DNA of 64,000 nt, from NCBI GenBank assembly GCA_944332475.1, contig CALVKA010000003.1, positions 63,493 through 127,492 of the forward strand, in the 5' to 3' direction. A program made the position numbers and the translations under genes. Shown here one piece after another: positions 53,521 to 62,861 of this stretch; the first letter of the stretch is position 1; the number at the start of each line of letters is the position of its first letter. Below the pieces are notes generated by a model. The model was not told the DNA's origin. It ran no database searches and was given only the letters and a program-made list of their open reading frames with translations. Origin of the DNA: an uncultured Bacilli bacterium (GTDB taxonomy: Bacteria; Bacillota_I; Bacilli_A; RF39; UBA660).

Positions 53521-54669
53521 TTAGGCTTTTTTTGGTTTTTTCTTTGTTTTTTCTTCTAATTTGGTATTTACATTTGTTTTTATAATACTATAGACAATAG
53601 ATGATATAGGAACACTTAATAACATACCTATTATTCCACCAATACTAGCACCTATTGTTACAGCGACTAAGACCCAGATACCAGGTAATCCAACTGATTT
53701 ACCTACTACTTTAGGATAAATTAAGTTACCTTCTATTTGTTGTAGAATAATGATAAAGATAATAAAGATTAAAGCTTTAGTAGGATCTATCATTAAGATT
53801 AAGAAAGCTCCAATAAATGTTCCAATGAATGCTCCAAAGACTGGTATTAATGCGGTAAAACCTACTAATACAGATATAGTTGAAGCATATGGTATTTGTA
53901 ATATAAACATACCTATAAAACATAATATACCAATGATTAGGGCTTCTAGACATTGTCCACTTATAAAATTACCAAAGGTTGTATTAGAAAGTGCAGCAAT
54001 TTCTTTAAGACGTTTTTCTTTCTTTTCAGGAAGATAAGCTTTTATTATTTTATTTAGTTGTCTTCCTAAATCTTCTTTTTTCAATAATACGTATATAGCA
54101 AAAACAATTCCTAAAACAAATGATGTTATAGTACCAATAACAGTTGATGCTACTCCGACTGTTGTTTCAACAATTTCTTCTTTATTGTTATCTACATAAT
54201 TTGTTATTTCAACTTTAATTTTATCAAAATTATTTGTAAATTTATTGATATCTTTTTCTTTAATTCCAATATTATCTAACAACTTCATAGTTTCTTGTTT
54301 ATAAGAATCAAAGTTTTCTGTAAATATTTCTGTCGTGTTTTGTAGTTGAGGAATTAATAATCCTAATATTAAAGCTAATAAAGCAATAATAATTAAGAAA
54401 GTTGTAATTACTGATGTTGGTCTTTTTAGACATTGCCATGTCTTGGTATTTTTTTCATTTAGTTTTTTAAACAATTTGTTTTCAACAACATTAAGTAAAA
54501 CATTTAAAACAAAGGCAATCATAGCACCAATAATAAAAGGCATAAATATTTTTATAATGTAAGTAATAAATGACCAAATTGGTTTTATATAAATAAAGAT
54601 AAAGATAAGAATTATGGTAAAGAAAATTAATTCCATAATAGTTCTTTTATTTTTTTCTAAATTAAACAT
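53521..54669 (-). CDS. AI-2E family transporter
   Basis: FISGQCLEA, LIPVFGAFIG, QQIEGNLIYPKVVGKSVGLP. Confidence 0.92.
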   Translation of the reverse strand: MFNLEKNKRTIMELIFFTIILIFIFIYIKPIWSFITYIIKIFMPFIIGAMIAFVLNVLLNVVENKLFKKLNEKNTKTWQCLKRPTSVITTFLIIIALLALILGLLIPQLQNTTEIFTENFDSYKQETMKLLDNIGIKEKDINKFTNNFDKIKVEITNYVDNNKEEIVETTVGVASTVIGTITSFVLGIVFAIYVLLKKEDLGRQLNKIIKAYLPEKKEKRLKEIAALSNTTFGNFISGQCLEALIIGILCFIGMFILQIPYASTISVLVGFTALIPVFGAFIGTFIGAFLILMIDPTKALIFIIFIIILQQIEGNLIYPKVVGKSVGLPGIWVLVAVTIGASIGGIIGMLLSVPISSIVYSIIKTNVNTKLEEKTKKKPKKA

Positions 54670-54819
54670 AACATCCTCCTCTTAATTGTTTAACATTTTA
54701 TCATAATTATTCAGTTTTTTCAACAGAAAAGGATTACGGTATTTTAACAATAATATGATATCCAACTTGTAGGAATTTGCTCCATAAGAAAAAGGACTAG
54801 TCAATAAAATGTCCTTTTT

Positions 54820-55791
54820 TTAATTTTTCAAAGTTAATTTTTTTGCTGGTTCACTTGGAACTTCTTGTAAACGATAATCTGTTCCATCTTCCATAGTAAA
54901 GTCAAAACCATCACTCAAAGTTCTATCAACTTTTTCAACTACAAACTGTTTTTTGCCAAATGAGTGTGTAGGAACATAAAAGTATAATTTAAAATTAGAA
55001 ATTTGTGAAGCTTCTTCATCATCCAAAAAGCGAATAGGTTGAAGTTCTGGTTCTTCTTCATTAGCTCCCCAGACATCTCTAAACATAATGCCGTCATGAT
55101 GATGCCATAATCCCATTATACCAACAGGTTGATTTTCTCCTACGATAGCGAATTGTATAGGTACATCTTCACCACATGCACCAGTAAATTTCTCTGTAGA
55201 TCCATATGCCAAATATCTGGCATCAGGAAAACTATATGTACCATCAAGTTTAATGTCCATTGCTAATACATCAGTCAACAATTTTTCTTCTTTACTTTTA
55301 TAACGATAATCATAAAAAAGATTTATTTTTTCTATAGGTATTTTATTTTCTTTAATATAATCAAATAATTCATCTGACATCATCAAACCATATACAGTAT
55401 AATCATCAACTTTTCGAGCCTCTTCATCGCTATATTGTTCAAAGTAATATTCAATATCATTAAAATCTTGACCATATGCGTGAACCTCAGGGAGAAAATA
55501 GCCACTATTTTGTACACAATCTGCATTTGGTACACCAATAAATGCAACAGGACCTATTTCTTTACAATATCCAAATCCTGCACAATAACCTGATATATCA
55601 TTAAGTTCCATTACTTGATCATAGGAATATGTACCTTTTAATAAAAAATCTCTACACCCTACTCTATCTCTACTAAACATAAATAAATGTCCAGCTGCAT
55701 AATCAACACCAAAATCGCGACCTGGATTAGCTATTTTTAAAAGTCCTTCTAAAAATCTTGCTTTAATTCTTCCTTTAATATTATCAAACAT
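54820..55791 (-). CDS. Orphan protein with an apparent internal two-domain repeat
   Basis: AGGAGG RBS, own terminator; repeated GTYS and DEEA motifs. Confidence 0.7.
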   Translation of the reverse strand: MFDNIKGRIKARFLEGLLKIANPGRDFGVDYAAGHLFMFSRDRVGCRDFLLKGTYSYDQVMELNDISGYCAGFGYCKEIGPVAFIGVPNADCVQNSGYFLPEVHAYGQDFNDIEYYFEQYSDEEARKVDDYTVYGLMMSDELFDYIKENKIPIEKINLFYDYRYKSKEEKLLTDVLAMDIKLDGTYSFPDARYLAYGSTEKFTGACGEDVPIQFAIVGENQPVGIMGLWHHHDGIMFRDVWGANEEEPELQPIRFLDDEEASQISNFKLYFYVPTHSFGKKQFVVEKVDRTLSDGFDFTMEDGTDYRLQEVPSEPAKKLTLKN

Positions 55792-55975
55792 ACAAAATCC
55801 TCCTAAAAAAGTAAATATTGTTGTATATAATATATGAAATTTCGGAAAAAGTAAATAGTTTTACAAAAAACCAGTGTAGATTCTTTTGATAAGGTGTTGT
55901 TGGTTCTGATAATAAATCAAGTGTTGCTTTTATTATTACAGGTAGTTGACAATCTTCTTTTGTCATATTATACTC

Positions 55976-56599
55976 CTACAAATTAATTTTTTCTTCAACT
56001 TCAATATTTTTGTTTATTAGGTTTTTAAAGTTAGTAAAATCTTCTTTAGAGCCAACCACCATTCCATAATGAATTGGTATTACTTTCTTTGGATTGATTT
56101 TATTTGTAAACGTTGCTGCTTCTTGGTAGTCCATCGTATAAGTACCACCAATTGGTATTAGTAAAATATCACATTTTATATTTTCATTTTCTTCTAAAGC
56201 ATCAGTATCTCCTAAGATGTAGTAGGTTTCATTATCTAGGGTTATAACATAGCCAAGCCAATTATTTTCTTTAGGATGAAAAGCTTTATTTTTATTATAA
56301 GATGGTACTGTTTTTATATTAATACTATCTATATTTAACTCTTCATTAGGCTTCATTATTATAATATTTTCTTTAGAAAAACCTAGATTAAGAGATTCTT
56401 CTAAAATATCACTTGGTCCTATGATTATGGTATCTTCTTTTTTTATTTTTAAAATATCTTCACTAGAGAAATGATCCCAGTGAGTATGAGTTATAAATAT
56501 ATAATCTGCATCATGTAGTTCTTCTGTTTTTAAAGGATCAAAGTAAAGTGTTTTTTCTTTCATAATTTTAATACTACTTTGACAATTAACTGTTAACAT
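55976..56599 (-). CDS. MBL-fold metallo-hydrolase
   Basis: ITHTHWDH, GDTD, PIGGTYTM, IPIHYG. Confidence 0.9.
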   Translation of the reverse strand: MLTVNCQSSIKIMKEKTLYFDPLKTEELHDADYIFITHTHWDHFSSEDILKIKKEDTIIIGPSDILEESLNLGFSKENIIIMKPNEELNIDSINIKTVPSYNKNKAFHPKENNWLGYVITLDNETYYILGDTDALEENENIKCDILLIPIGGTYTMDYQEAATFTNKINPKKVIPIHYGMVVGSKEDFTNFKNLINKNIEVEEKINL

Positions 56600-56618
56600 A
56601 TAAATCTTCCTTTCTTTT

Positions 56619-57584
56619 TTATTCCCAGGGAATAATAGTTAATTTAGGCCATTTTTCTTTCCATCTTTTGGTTTTAAGTTCATAATCTTTTTTTATAAAA
56701 TCAATTTTTACGGGTCTTATAATTAGAGAAAATAAATCTTCTAATCCATAAGGAGCATATATTTTTAATTTATCATTTTCTAATCTAACACCTAGACAAG
56801 TAATTGTTGTTCCCCATCTTGCGATAGCATCTTCTATTGAGCTATATGGTTTTATTACTCGGTTATATTTTTTTATCCAGATGGGAACACGAGATTCATT
56901 CTTTATATCAGTTTTAACATTTAAATCTTTTAAAGTTTTTTCTAAAGCTTTAATTATTTTATCTTCCTTTTCATAAGAAGTATCTTTATCATAATAGACA
57001 ATATCATAGTCTGATATATTTTTATCTATAGGATATCTATGAAAATAGTTAAAGACTGTTTGATTTATAGCTCCAGCACCAAGATAATAATTTTTAAAAT
57101 CATTGTTTTCTTTTTGATAAATTTCTAGTCTTTTTAATATTTCTATTAATTTTTTATTTTTATTTAAGATTGTTTCTAATTGTTTAGACATAATTTCTTC
57201 ATTAAAATCCCAGATATTTAGTCTACCTATAGAATAAATAGGATAAGCTAAGACTTCTAAATCATCTAAAATCCAAGCATATCTACCCTCTTTATACTCT
57301 CCACAAATATATTCTTGGTAATTATCTTTTTTTAGTTTTTCAATCCATTCTTTAGTCATTTTGATACAATCTTTTAAATTAACTTTACAAATAATTTGAC
57401 CATATGAATAATTTTTATCTTTAATAAAAGGTATTAGTTCTTTATTTTCTTTAGTTACTTTAGAAACACTTGCGTGAATGTATAGTTCTCCGCGATATGA
57501 TGTTTTCCAAGAACGAGTTTCTATTTTTTTTACTTTTTCTTTAATTAAAGTTGCATATGGTTCTTTGATACTAAGTACTTTCAT
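56619..57584 (-). CDS. Fusion: ASCH domain plus DUF925/NTP_transf_6 nucleotidyltransferase
   Basis: N-part LSIKEPYATLI..KKIETRSW..YRGELYIHA; C-part YLGAGAINQTVFN, ISDYDIVYYD, DIKNESRV, APYGLEDLF, RWKEKWPKL. Confidence 0.8.
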   Translation of the reverse strand: MKVLSIKEPYATLIKEKVKKIETRSWKTSYRGELYIHASVSKVTKENKELIPFIKDKNYSYGQIICKVNLKDCIKMTKEWIEKLKKDNYQEYICGEYKEGRYAWILDDLEVLAYPIYSIGRLNIWDFNEEIMSKQLETILNKNKKLIEILKRLEIYQKENNDFKNYYLGAGAINQTVFNYFHRYPIDKNISDYDIVYYDKDTSYEKEDKIIKALEKTLKDLNVKTDIKNESRVPIWIKKYNRVIKPYSSIEDAIARWGTTITCLGVRLENDKLKIYAPYGLEDLFSLIIRPVKIDFIKKDYELKTKRWKEKWPKLTIIPWE

Positions 57585-57646
57585 TTTATCTCCTCTTTTT
57601 TATTATAGCATAAAATTTATTTTTTAGTTTTTTTGTGATATAATTC

Positions 57647-58303
57647 TTGGTGATGTATATGAAAGACAAAGCTTTTTTGAATTTTTATTATTTATTTTGG
57701 ATATTTATAGTAGGTTGTGTTGTAGGATGGTTGGTCGAAGGTGCATTTTCTTTAATTCGCTATCAAGAACTTGTAAATCATTCTGCTCTTGTTGTAGGAC
57801 CTTTTAATGTAGCCTATGGTCTTTCGGCGTGTTGTTTATCAATGTTATTATATAAATATAGAGATGATGGTCTATTAAAAATTTTTGCAATCGGTTTTGT
57901 AGGTGGATCAATAGTAGAATATATTATGAGTTGGGGAATGGAATTAGTTTTAGGATTTACCGCCTGGGACTATTCTAATAAATTTTTAAATATTAATGGA
58001 AGAATTTGTTTTACGTATTCTTTATTCTGGGGACTTTTAGCAATCGTTTGGATAAAATATATTTATCCATATATGATTAAACAAATTAAAAAGATAGATA
58101 TAGATTTTGGTAAAAAAATAATGAAGTTTTTAATTATATTTTTAATATTAGATTTAATTTTAACATTTAGTGCAATTGAAAGAGCAAGAAGAAAAGAAGA
58201 TGGTATTCCACCAAGTAATTCTTATGAGGTCTTTTTAGATAAGACGTTTAATCAAAAATATTTACATAATATGTTTAATAATAACTGGGGTGAAAGAAAA
58301 TGA
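57647..58303 (+). CDS. Putative ABC transporter permease-like membrane protein (CmpB/DUF1113)
   Basis: VGWLVE, GPF..AYG, VEY, WDYS..FLNINGRIC. Confidence 0.8.
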   Translation: MVMYMKDKAFLNFYYLFWIFIVGCVVGWLVEGAFSLIRYQELVNHSALVVGPFNVAYGLSACCLSMLLYKYRDDGLLKIFAIGFVGGSIVEYIMSWGMELVLGFTAWDYSNKFLNINGRICFTYSLFWGLLAIVWIKYIYPYMIKQIKKIDIDFGKKIMKFLIIFLILDLILTFSAIERARRKEDGIPPSNSYEVFLDKTFNQKYLHNMFNNNWGERK

Positions 58304-59385
58304 GAATTGTTGTTTTTACATGTAATACTGGTGGCGGTCATAATGCTTGCGCTAGGTATATTCAAGAAGAGTTTCAGAGTCGTGGTGTTGAATGTGACAT
58401 AAAAGATTATATGGAGCTTGCTGGCAAAAATGCTTCTAGTCTTGCAGAAAAGATGTATCTGGATTCTACTCATGGAAACGGAAAGATGTTTGGTAGTGTT
58501 TATAAATTAGGAGAACTTTATAGTAAAACAAAAATACCTAGTCCTGTTTATGGACTCAATAAACTTATCAAATATAAACTTTATCGTTATTTGATGGATT
58601 ATCAATATGATTTGGCAATCGGAACTCAGTTATTTGCGTGCCTTGGGCTTACCGCTGTGAAAAAAGAATACCCCATTTGCTTTATTAATGTTGCGACAGA
58701 TTATGAATGCATTCCATTTTGGGAAGAAACAAAACCTGATTATTTTGTGATTCCTAGTTCACTTCTTATGCAACGTTTTATGGACAAGGGATTTTCTAAA
58801 GATATTTTGTTGCCAATTGGTATTCCAATTTCGTCACGTTTTTTAGATAGTAAGGAATCTTGCGAATTTCCTAAAGATAAAGATATGATTCTTCTTACGT
58901 CTGGTAGTATGGGGTTTGGAGACTTAAAAAACATTGTTTTAAGGTTGTTAGAAGAAATTCATGATACTTATTTAGTTGTGGTCTGTGGAAATAACAAAAA
59001 AATGAAGAAAGAGTTAGAAATGATTCAAAATGATTATTTAATTGTGAAAGGATTCATTCATAATATGGGAGAATATATGAAAGCTAGCACAATAGTTATT
59101 ACCAAACCTGGAGGAGTTACGACAACTGAAGTTGTGGAGCTTCGAAAGCCTTTAATTTTAATGATGCCAATTCCAGGCGTTGAAGATTATAATGCTAGTT
59201 TTTTTGAAAATCATCAAATGGCATTAAAAGCAAATAATACGGAAGAGTTAGTTATAAAAACAAAATGGTTACTAGAAAATAAAAATATACAGGAAGAGTT
59301 GGTTCGAAATCAAGAGAAGTATATTCATCCCTATTCTGCCAAAGCTTTAGTAGATTTTGTTTTGGAACATATGAAAAAGTCATGA
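58300..59385 (+). CDS. MGDG synthase/UgtP-like diacylglycerol glycosyltransferase (GT28)
   Basis: TGGGH, VATDY, GIPI, SGSMG, CGNN, TKPGGVTTTE, PIPGVE. Confidence 0.88.
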   Translation: MRIVVFTCNTGGGHNACARYIQEEFQSRGVECDIKDYMELAGKNASSLAEKMYLDSTHGNGKMFGSVYKLGELYSKTKIPSPVYGLNKLIKYKLYRYLMDYQYDLAIGTQLFACLGLTAVKKEYPICFINVATDYECIPFWEETKPDYFVIPSSLLMQRFMDKGFSKDILLPIGIPISSRFLDSKESCEFPKDKDMILLTSGSMGFGDLKNIVLRLLEEIHDTYLVVVCGNNKKMKKELEMIQNDYLIVKGFIHNMGEYMKASTIVITKPGGVTTTEVVELRKPLILMMPIPGVEDYNASFFENHQMALKANNTEELVIKTKWLLENKNIQEELVRNQEKYIHPYSAKALVDFVLEHMKKS

Positions 59386-59391
59386 TTTGTT

Positions 59392-60234
59392 TCATGACTT
59401 TTTGTTTTTTGTTTTATTGATTATTAATAATATAACATCTATAAATACTGGAATTACAAATATGAAGTAACCAATATATAGTAACACCTTGATTTCTGTT
59501 GTTTTATTTTTTATTTTGTTGATTAATAAATTATTGGCAATTGGTTTTGACTTACAGATTAATATTACTATTATACTAATTATCCATAATAATCCTATTA
59601 CTCCTGATGGTTCTTTTGTACCTTGTTCTATGATTTCTAATGTTGCTTTTGTAATTACTTTTTCATCACTTTTTTCTTTTGAAATAATATTTCCATCTTT
59701 ATCTTTAATAACTAAGTATGTTACTTCTTTCTCTCCATTTTTTCCTTCTTGTACTACTTTTTCTGTTCCTTTTTCTAATTCATTATTTTTTTGATATTCC
59801 GTTTTGTACTTGATTTGTTCTTTTTCCGTAATGCTTTCTTGGTATTGACAACTGCCATCTTCTGTATTTGCTGATGCATTATAATTGATGGCTGTACTAT
59901 CCATACATCCTTCTACTTTGGCTATACAACTGCCATCATCGGCTGTGGCATTAGCATTATAGTTAATTGCATTAGAATCGGTACATCCATATACATGAGC
60001 TGGTGCACTATATGTGCTAGATGAGTCTCCATAAGAGGAACTTCCTGAGCTAGAACTACTACCTCCACTACATGTACAAGAAGGACTTAATGAACCATCT
60101 GCACATATCGTTCTACCACTACTATCACAGCCGGCTACCCCTCCATGCCATGAGCAACATCCTCTTTGAGCATATGTTCCTAATGGAAATATAAATATTG
60201 TTCCTAATAAAATTAAAAATACTACTTTTTTCAC
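59392..60234 (-). CDS. Cys-rich surface protein with G5 domain
   Basis: Signal peptide; RGCCSWHGGVAGC motif; two GCxD..AINYN..A...DGSC repeats; G5 (VVQEGKNGEKEVTY...IIEQGTK); C-terminal TMs. Confidence 0.75.
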   Translation of the reverse strand: MKKVVFLILLGTIFIFPLGTYAQRGCCSWHGGVAGCDSSGRTICADGSLSPSCTCSGGSSSSSGSSSYGDSSSTYSAPAHVYGCTDSNAINYNANATADDGSCIAKVEGCMDSTAINYNASANTEDGSCQYQESITEKEQIKYKTEYQKNNELEKGTEKVVQEGKNGEKEVTYLVIKDKDGNIISKEKSDEKVITKATLEIIEQGTKEPSGVIGLLWIISIIVILICKSKPIANNLLINKIKNKTTEIKVLLYIGYFIFVIPVFIDVILLIINKTKNKKS

Positions 60235-60353
60235 TTCTTACACCTACTACTCTCTTTCTGACCAATTCGATATTAGTATACTCTCTTTATATTTATTTGG
60301 CAGATTTTTCCATGAATGTAGGTTCTAGCTACTGTGAATTGTAGTATTTCTTT

Positions 60354-60818
60354 CTAAATTTCTATTAATTTATGATTTTCGCTTTTTATAAATTTTACTA
60401 AATCTTCATATTGTAAAGATAATGTTGCGGTATTTCTATTTGGATGAACTAAGACTTTCTTTCCTTTTAATTCTTTATCTAGTACGACTGTTACTTTATT
60501 TTCTTTATCATTTATAATGGCAAGAGGAGTTACTGAGCCCGGTATGATACCTAATATTTCTTCTAGACTTTCAGGAGATGCGAAATGAAATCTAGTTACT
60601 CCTAACGTTTCAGATAATGCTTTTAGATTTACTTGTTTATCTTCTTTTAACATATATAAGAAGTATTCTTTTTTGTGGGTTTTTAAAAATAAGTTTTTGC
60701 AACCAATACCAGCAATTTGTGGTACTTTTTCTTGTGCTTCTTCTACTGTATATACAGCAGGATGTTCTACTTCTTCATAAGAAATATTTAATTCTGTTAA
60801 TTTTTCTTCTATTGTCAT
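60354..60818 (-). CDS. YbaK/ProX family tRNA-editing deacylase (ProXp-ala-like)
   Basis: EHPAVYTVEEA, CKNLFLK, LGIIPGSVTPLA, HPNRNTAT. Confidence 0.9.
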   Translation of the reverse strand: MTIEEKLTELNISYEEVEHPAVYTVEEAQEKVPQIAGIGCKNLFLKTHKKEYFLYMLKEDKQVNLKALSETLGVTRFHFASPESLEEILGIIPGSVTPLAIINDKENKVTVVLDKELKGKKVLVHPNRNTATLSLQYEDLVKFIKSENHKLIEI

Positions 60819-60882
60819 ATAATCACCTGTTTTTATTTTACCATTATTAAAAAAAGAAGTCCATTTTTAAGACTTCTTTTGA

Positions 60883-61659
60883 TTATTCTTTTACTACTAC
60901 ATATTTTTGTATGGTTTCTGCGGAAAAGTTGTTTGCTGTTAAATCAATCTCTACATTTGATGTATCTGTTAATGGATAATAGATTGCTCCCATGTTTTCA
61001 TCTAGTTGTACAACTAAAGCCTCTACTCCGTTATTTAAGGTAACATTATATCTTTGTACCTCATATACACCTTCCCAATATGGATTGGATGCATAAAAAT
61101 CAGCATCTTCTTGTGCACTACTATAACCGCTGTACATAAATGATATTGTTGAACACTCTAAATTTGTACTAAAATACATTTTTAAGGTATCAGAATCTTC
61201 TGAACGACTACTATCGGCACATTCATTTTGTACGATAAAGGTAACAGTATCGTCGCCTTCACCGACGGTAGTTTCAAATGATTCTCCTGTAGCTTGTTGT
61301 TCTGTTTCTTGTTGGGAAGAATTATTATTGTTTTTGGTAGTAGACTCTTCTTGATGGAAGACTAAGAAGTATATAGCAAGTCCTATTATAGCTAATACCA
61401 AGACTCCGATAATAATTCCTATTATTATTTTATTATTTTTGTTTCCATTCGTTGATGGTTGCTGTGGTGATGGAGACATTGTTGGTACTGGTTGGTTGCT
61501 ATTTACTCCATTATTTGTTTCGTTTTGTTGGGGATTATTTTGCATATTAGTAGTTTGTGTAGTAGTTGTACTTTGATTAAAACCACTTAATGGCATACCA
61601 CATGCCGTACAGAAGGATGCTCCTTCCCTATTATCTGTTCCACATCTTGGACACTTCAT
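60883..61659 (-). CDS. Zinc-ribbon membrane-anchored protein
   Basis: CPRCG...FCTACG, N/Q-rich linker, one TM, ectodomain. Confidence 0.7.
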   Translation of the reverse strand: MKCPRCGTDNREGASFCTACGMPLSGFNQSTTTTQTTNMQNNPQQNETNNGVNSNQPVPTMSPSPQQPSTNGNKNNKIIIGIIIGVLVLAIIGLAIYFLVFHQEESTTKNNNNSSQQETEQQATGESFETTVGEGDDTVTFIVQNECADSSRSEDSDTLKMYFSTNLECSTISFMYSGYSSAQEDADFYASNPYWEGVYEVQRYNVTLNNGVEALVVQLDENMGAIYYPLTDTSNVEIDLTANNFSAETIQKYVVVKE

Positions 61660-61736
61660 ATTTACACCTCTATACTCTCTTTTTATACTTTCATCTTATC
61701 ATTCACGAGTGATGCTGTCAATTTAAATAGAAGAGT

Positions 61737-62861
61737 TTATTCTCTTCTTGCACTTGTTGTTTTGTCTATCATAATTAGAGGAATATATATTTCATCGTCT
61801 GAATATCCGGCATGATGAGAAAATAGGATATCTTCTCCTTCATCGATAAGGCATTTATCAGATTCTTCTGCAATGGCCACAAAATCTCCTAAAGAACTTC
61901 TAAATAAAGGGTGTTCTTCTCCTTCCCCAAATAGTTTACTTTCTATTACTTCTTCTTTGGGATATAGTTTAAAATCTTTTCCAAAGTGTTTATTAAATAG
62001 TGTTTTAAATTCTTCTTTTCTTCCTTCTTTTACGTGGAAAGTGATGGCTCTTTGTTCTAAGGATGTTGGGTGTTCTAGTGTGTCTAAAATATCAGGATAG
62101 TCTTTTAGGAAAACATGAGTTACTTTTTTGTGACCATGATCTGCAATTACAAAAAGGATGGTATTTTCTAATTCTTGACATAGGGATTCTATTTTATCGT
62201 TTCTTTCTTGAATTAATACTTTTGTTTCTTTGCTATCAGGACCTAATTCATGCATAGTATGATCTGGTTCTGTGTCATAAGCATAAATATATTTTTTCCC
62301 AGGTTCTTTGGTGTAATTTTTTATTTTCTCTAGCATATCATCTAAATCTTGATAAATATCTTTTTGAAATGGGAATAGTTCTATTCCTCTACCCTTATTT
62401 TCTTCTTCTATTCTTTCTGGGATTGATTTGAACTTATAATATTTGTCTTTTATGTTTAGGAAATCTTCATCGATTGTTTCTTTTCCTTTTTCCGTTTTCA
62501 TATAAATAGAGATTACTTTATTTATAGGTTTCATGTAAATATTCCAACCTAAATAACCATGTTCTACTGGATTTAAACCTGTTTGCATTGATGAAGTGGC
62601 TGCTGTAGTGGTGGCTGGAAAAACAGATGTAATTTCTTTTATTTTATGCTTTCTTAAAAATGCATTTTCATCTAATGTTCTATCTAAGATTCTTGATCCT
62701 AATCCATCTAGTAATATGACGACTACATTTTCTGGTTTCTTTTCTTCTAATATTCTATCTACATAAGGTAGAGTGTTGTGTTTTGGTGTTAGGTCAAAAT
62801 ATTTTTCAATGGAACAAGCTAGGTTTGTTAGACATTCCTGATAATTATTTTTTACTTTCAT
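61737..62861 (-). CDS. Alkaline phosphatase superfamily protein (type I phosphodiesterase/nucleotide pyrophosphatase)
   Basis: LLDGLG, SVFPATT, EPDHTMH, IADHG, HHAG. Confidence 0.88.
   Translation of the reverse strand: MKVKNNYQECLTNLACSIEKYFDLTPKHNTLPYVDRILEEKKPENVVVILLDGLGSRILDRTLDENAFLRKHKIKEITSVFPATTTAATSSMQTGLNPVEHGYLGWNIYMKPINKVISIYMKTEKGKETIDEDFLNIKDKYYKFKSIPERIEEENKGRGIELFPFQKDIYQDLDDMLEKIKNYTKEPGKKYIYAYDTEPDHTMHELGPDSKETKVLIQERNDKIESLCQELENTILFVIADHGHKKVTHVFLKDYPDILDTLEHPTSLEQRAITFHVKEGRKEEFKTLFNKHFGKDFKLYPKEEVIESKLFGEGEEHPLFRSSLGDFVAIAEESDKCLIDEGEDILFSHHAGYSDDEIYIPLIMIDKTTSARRE

Noticed and set aside
61737-62861. BREX PglZ defence component
   Set aside because: Short stand-alone AlkP-family enzyme with no brx or pglX genes nearby.
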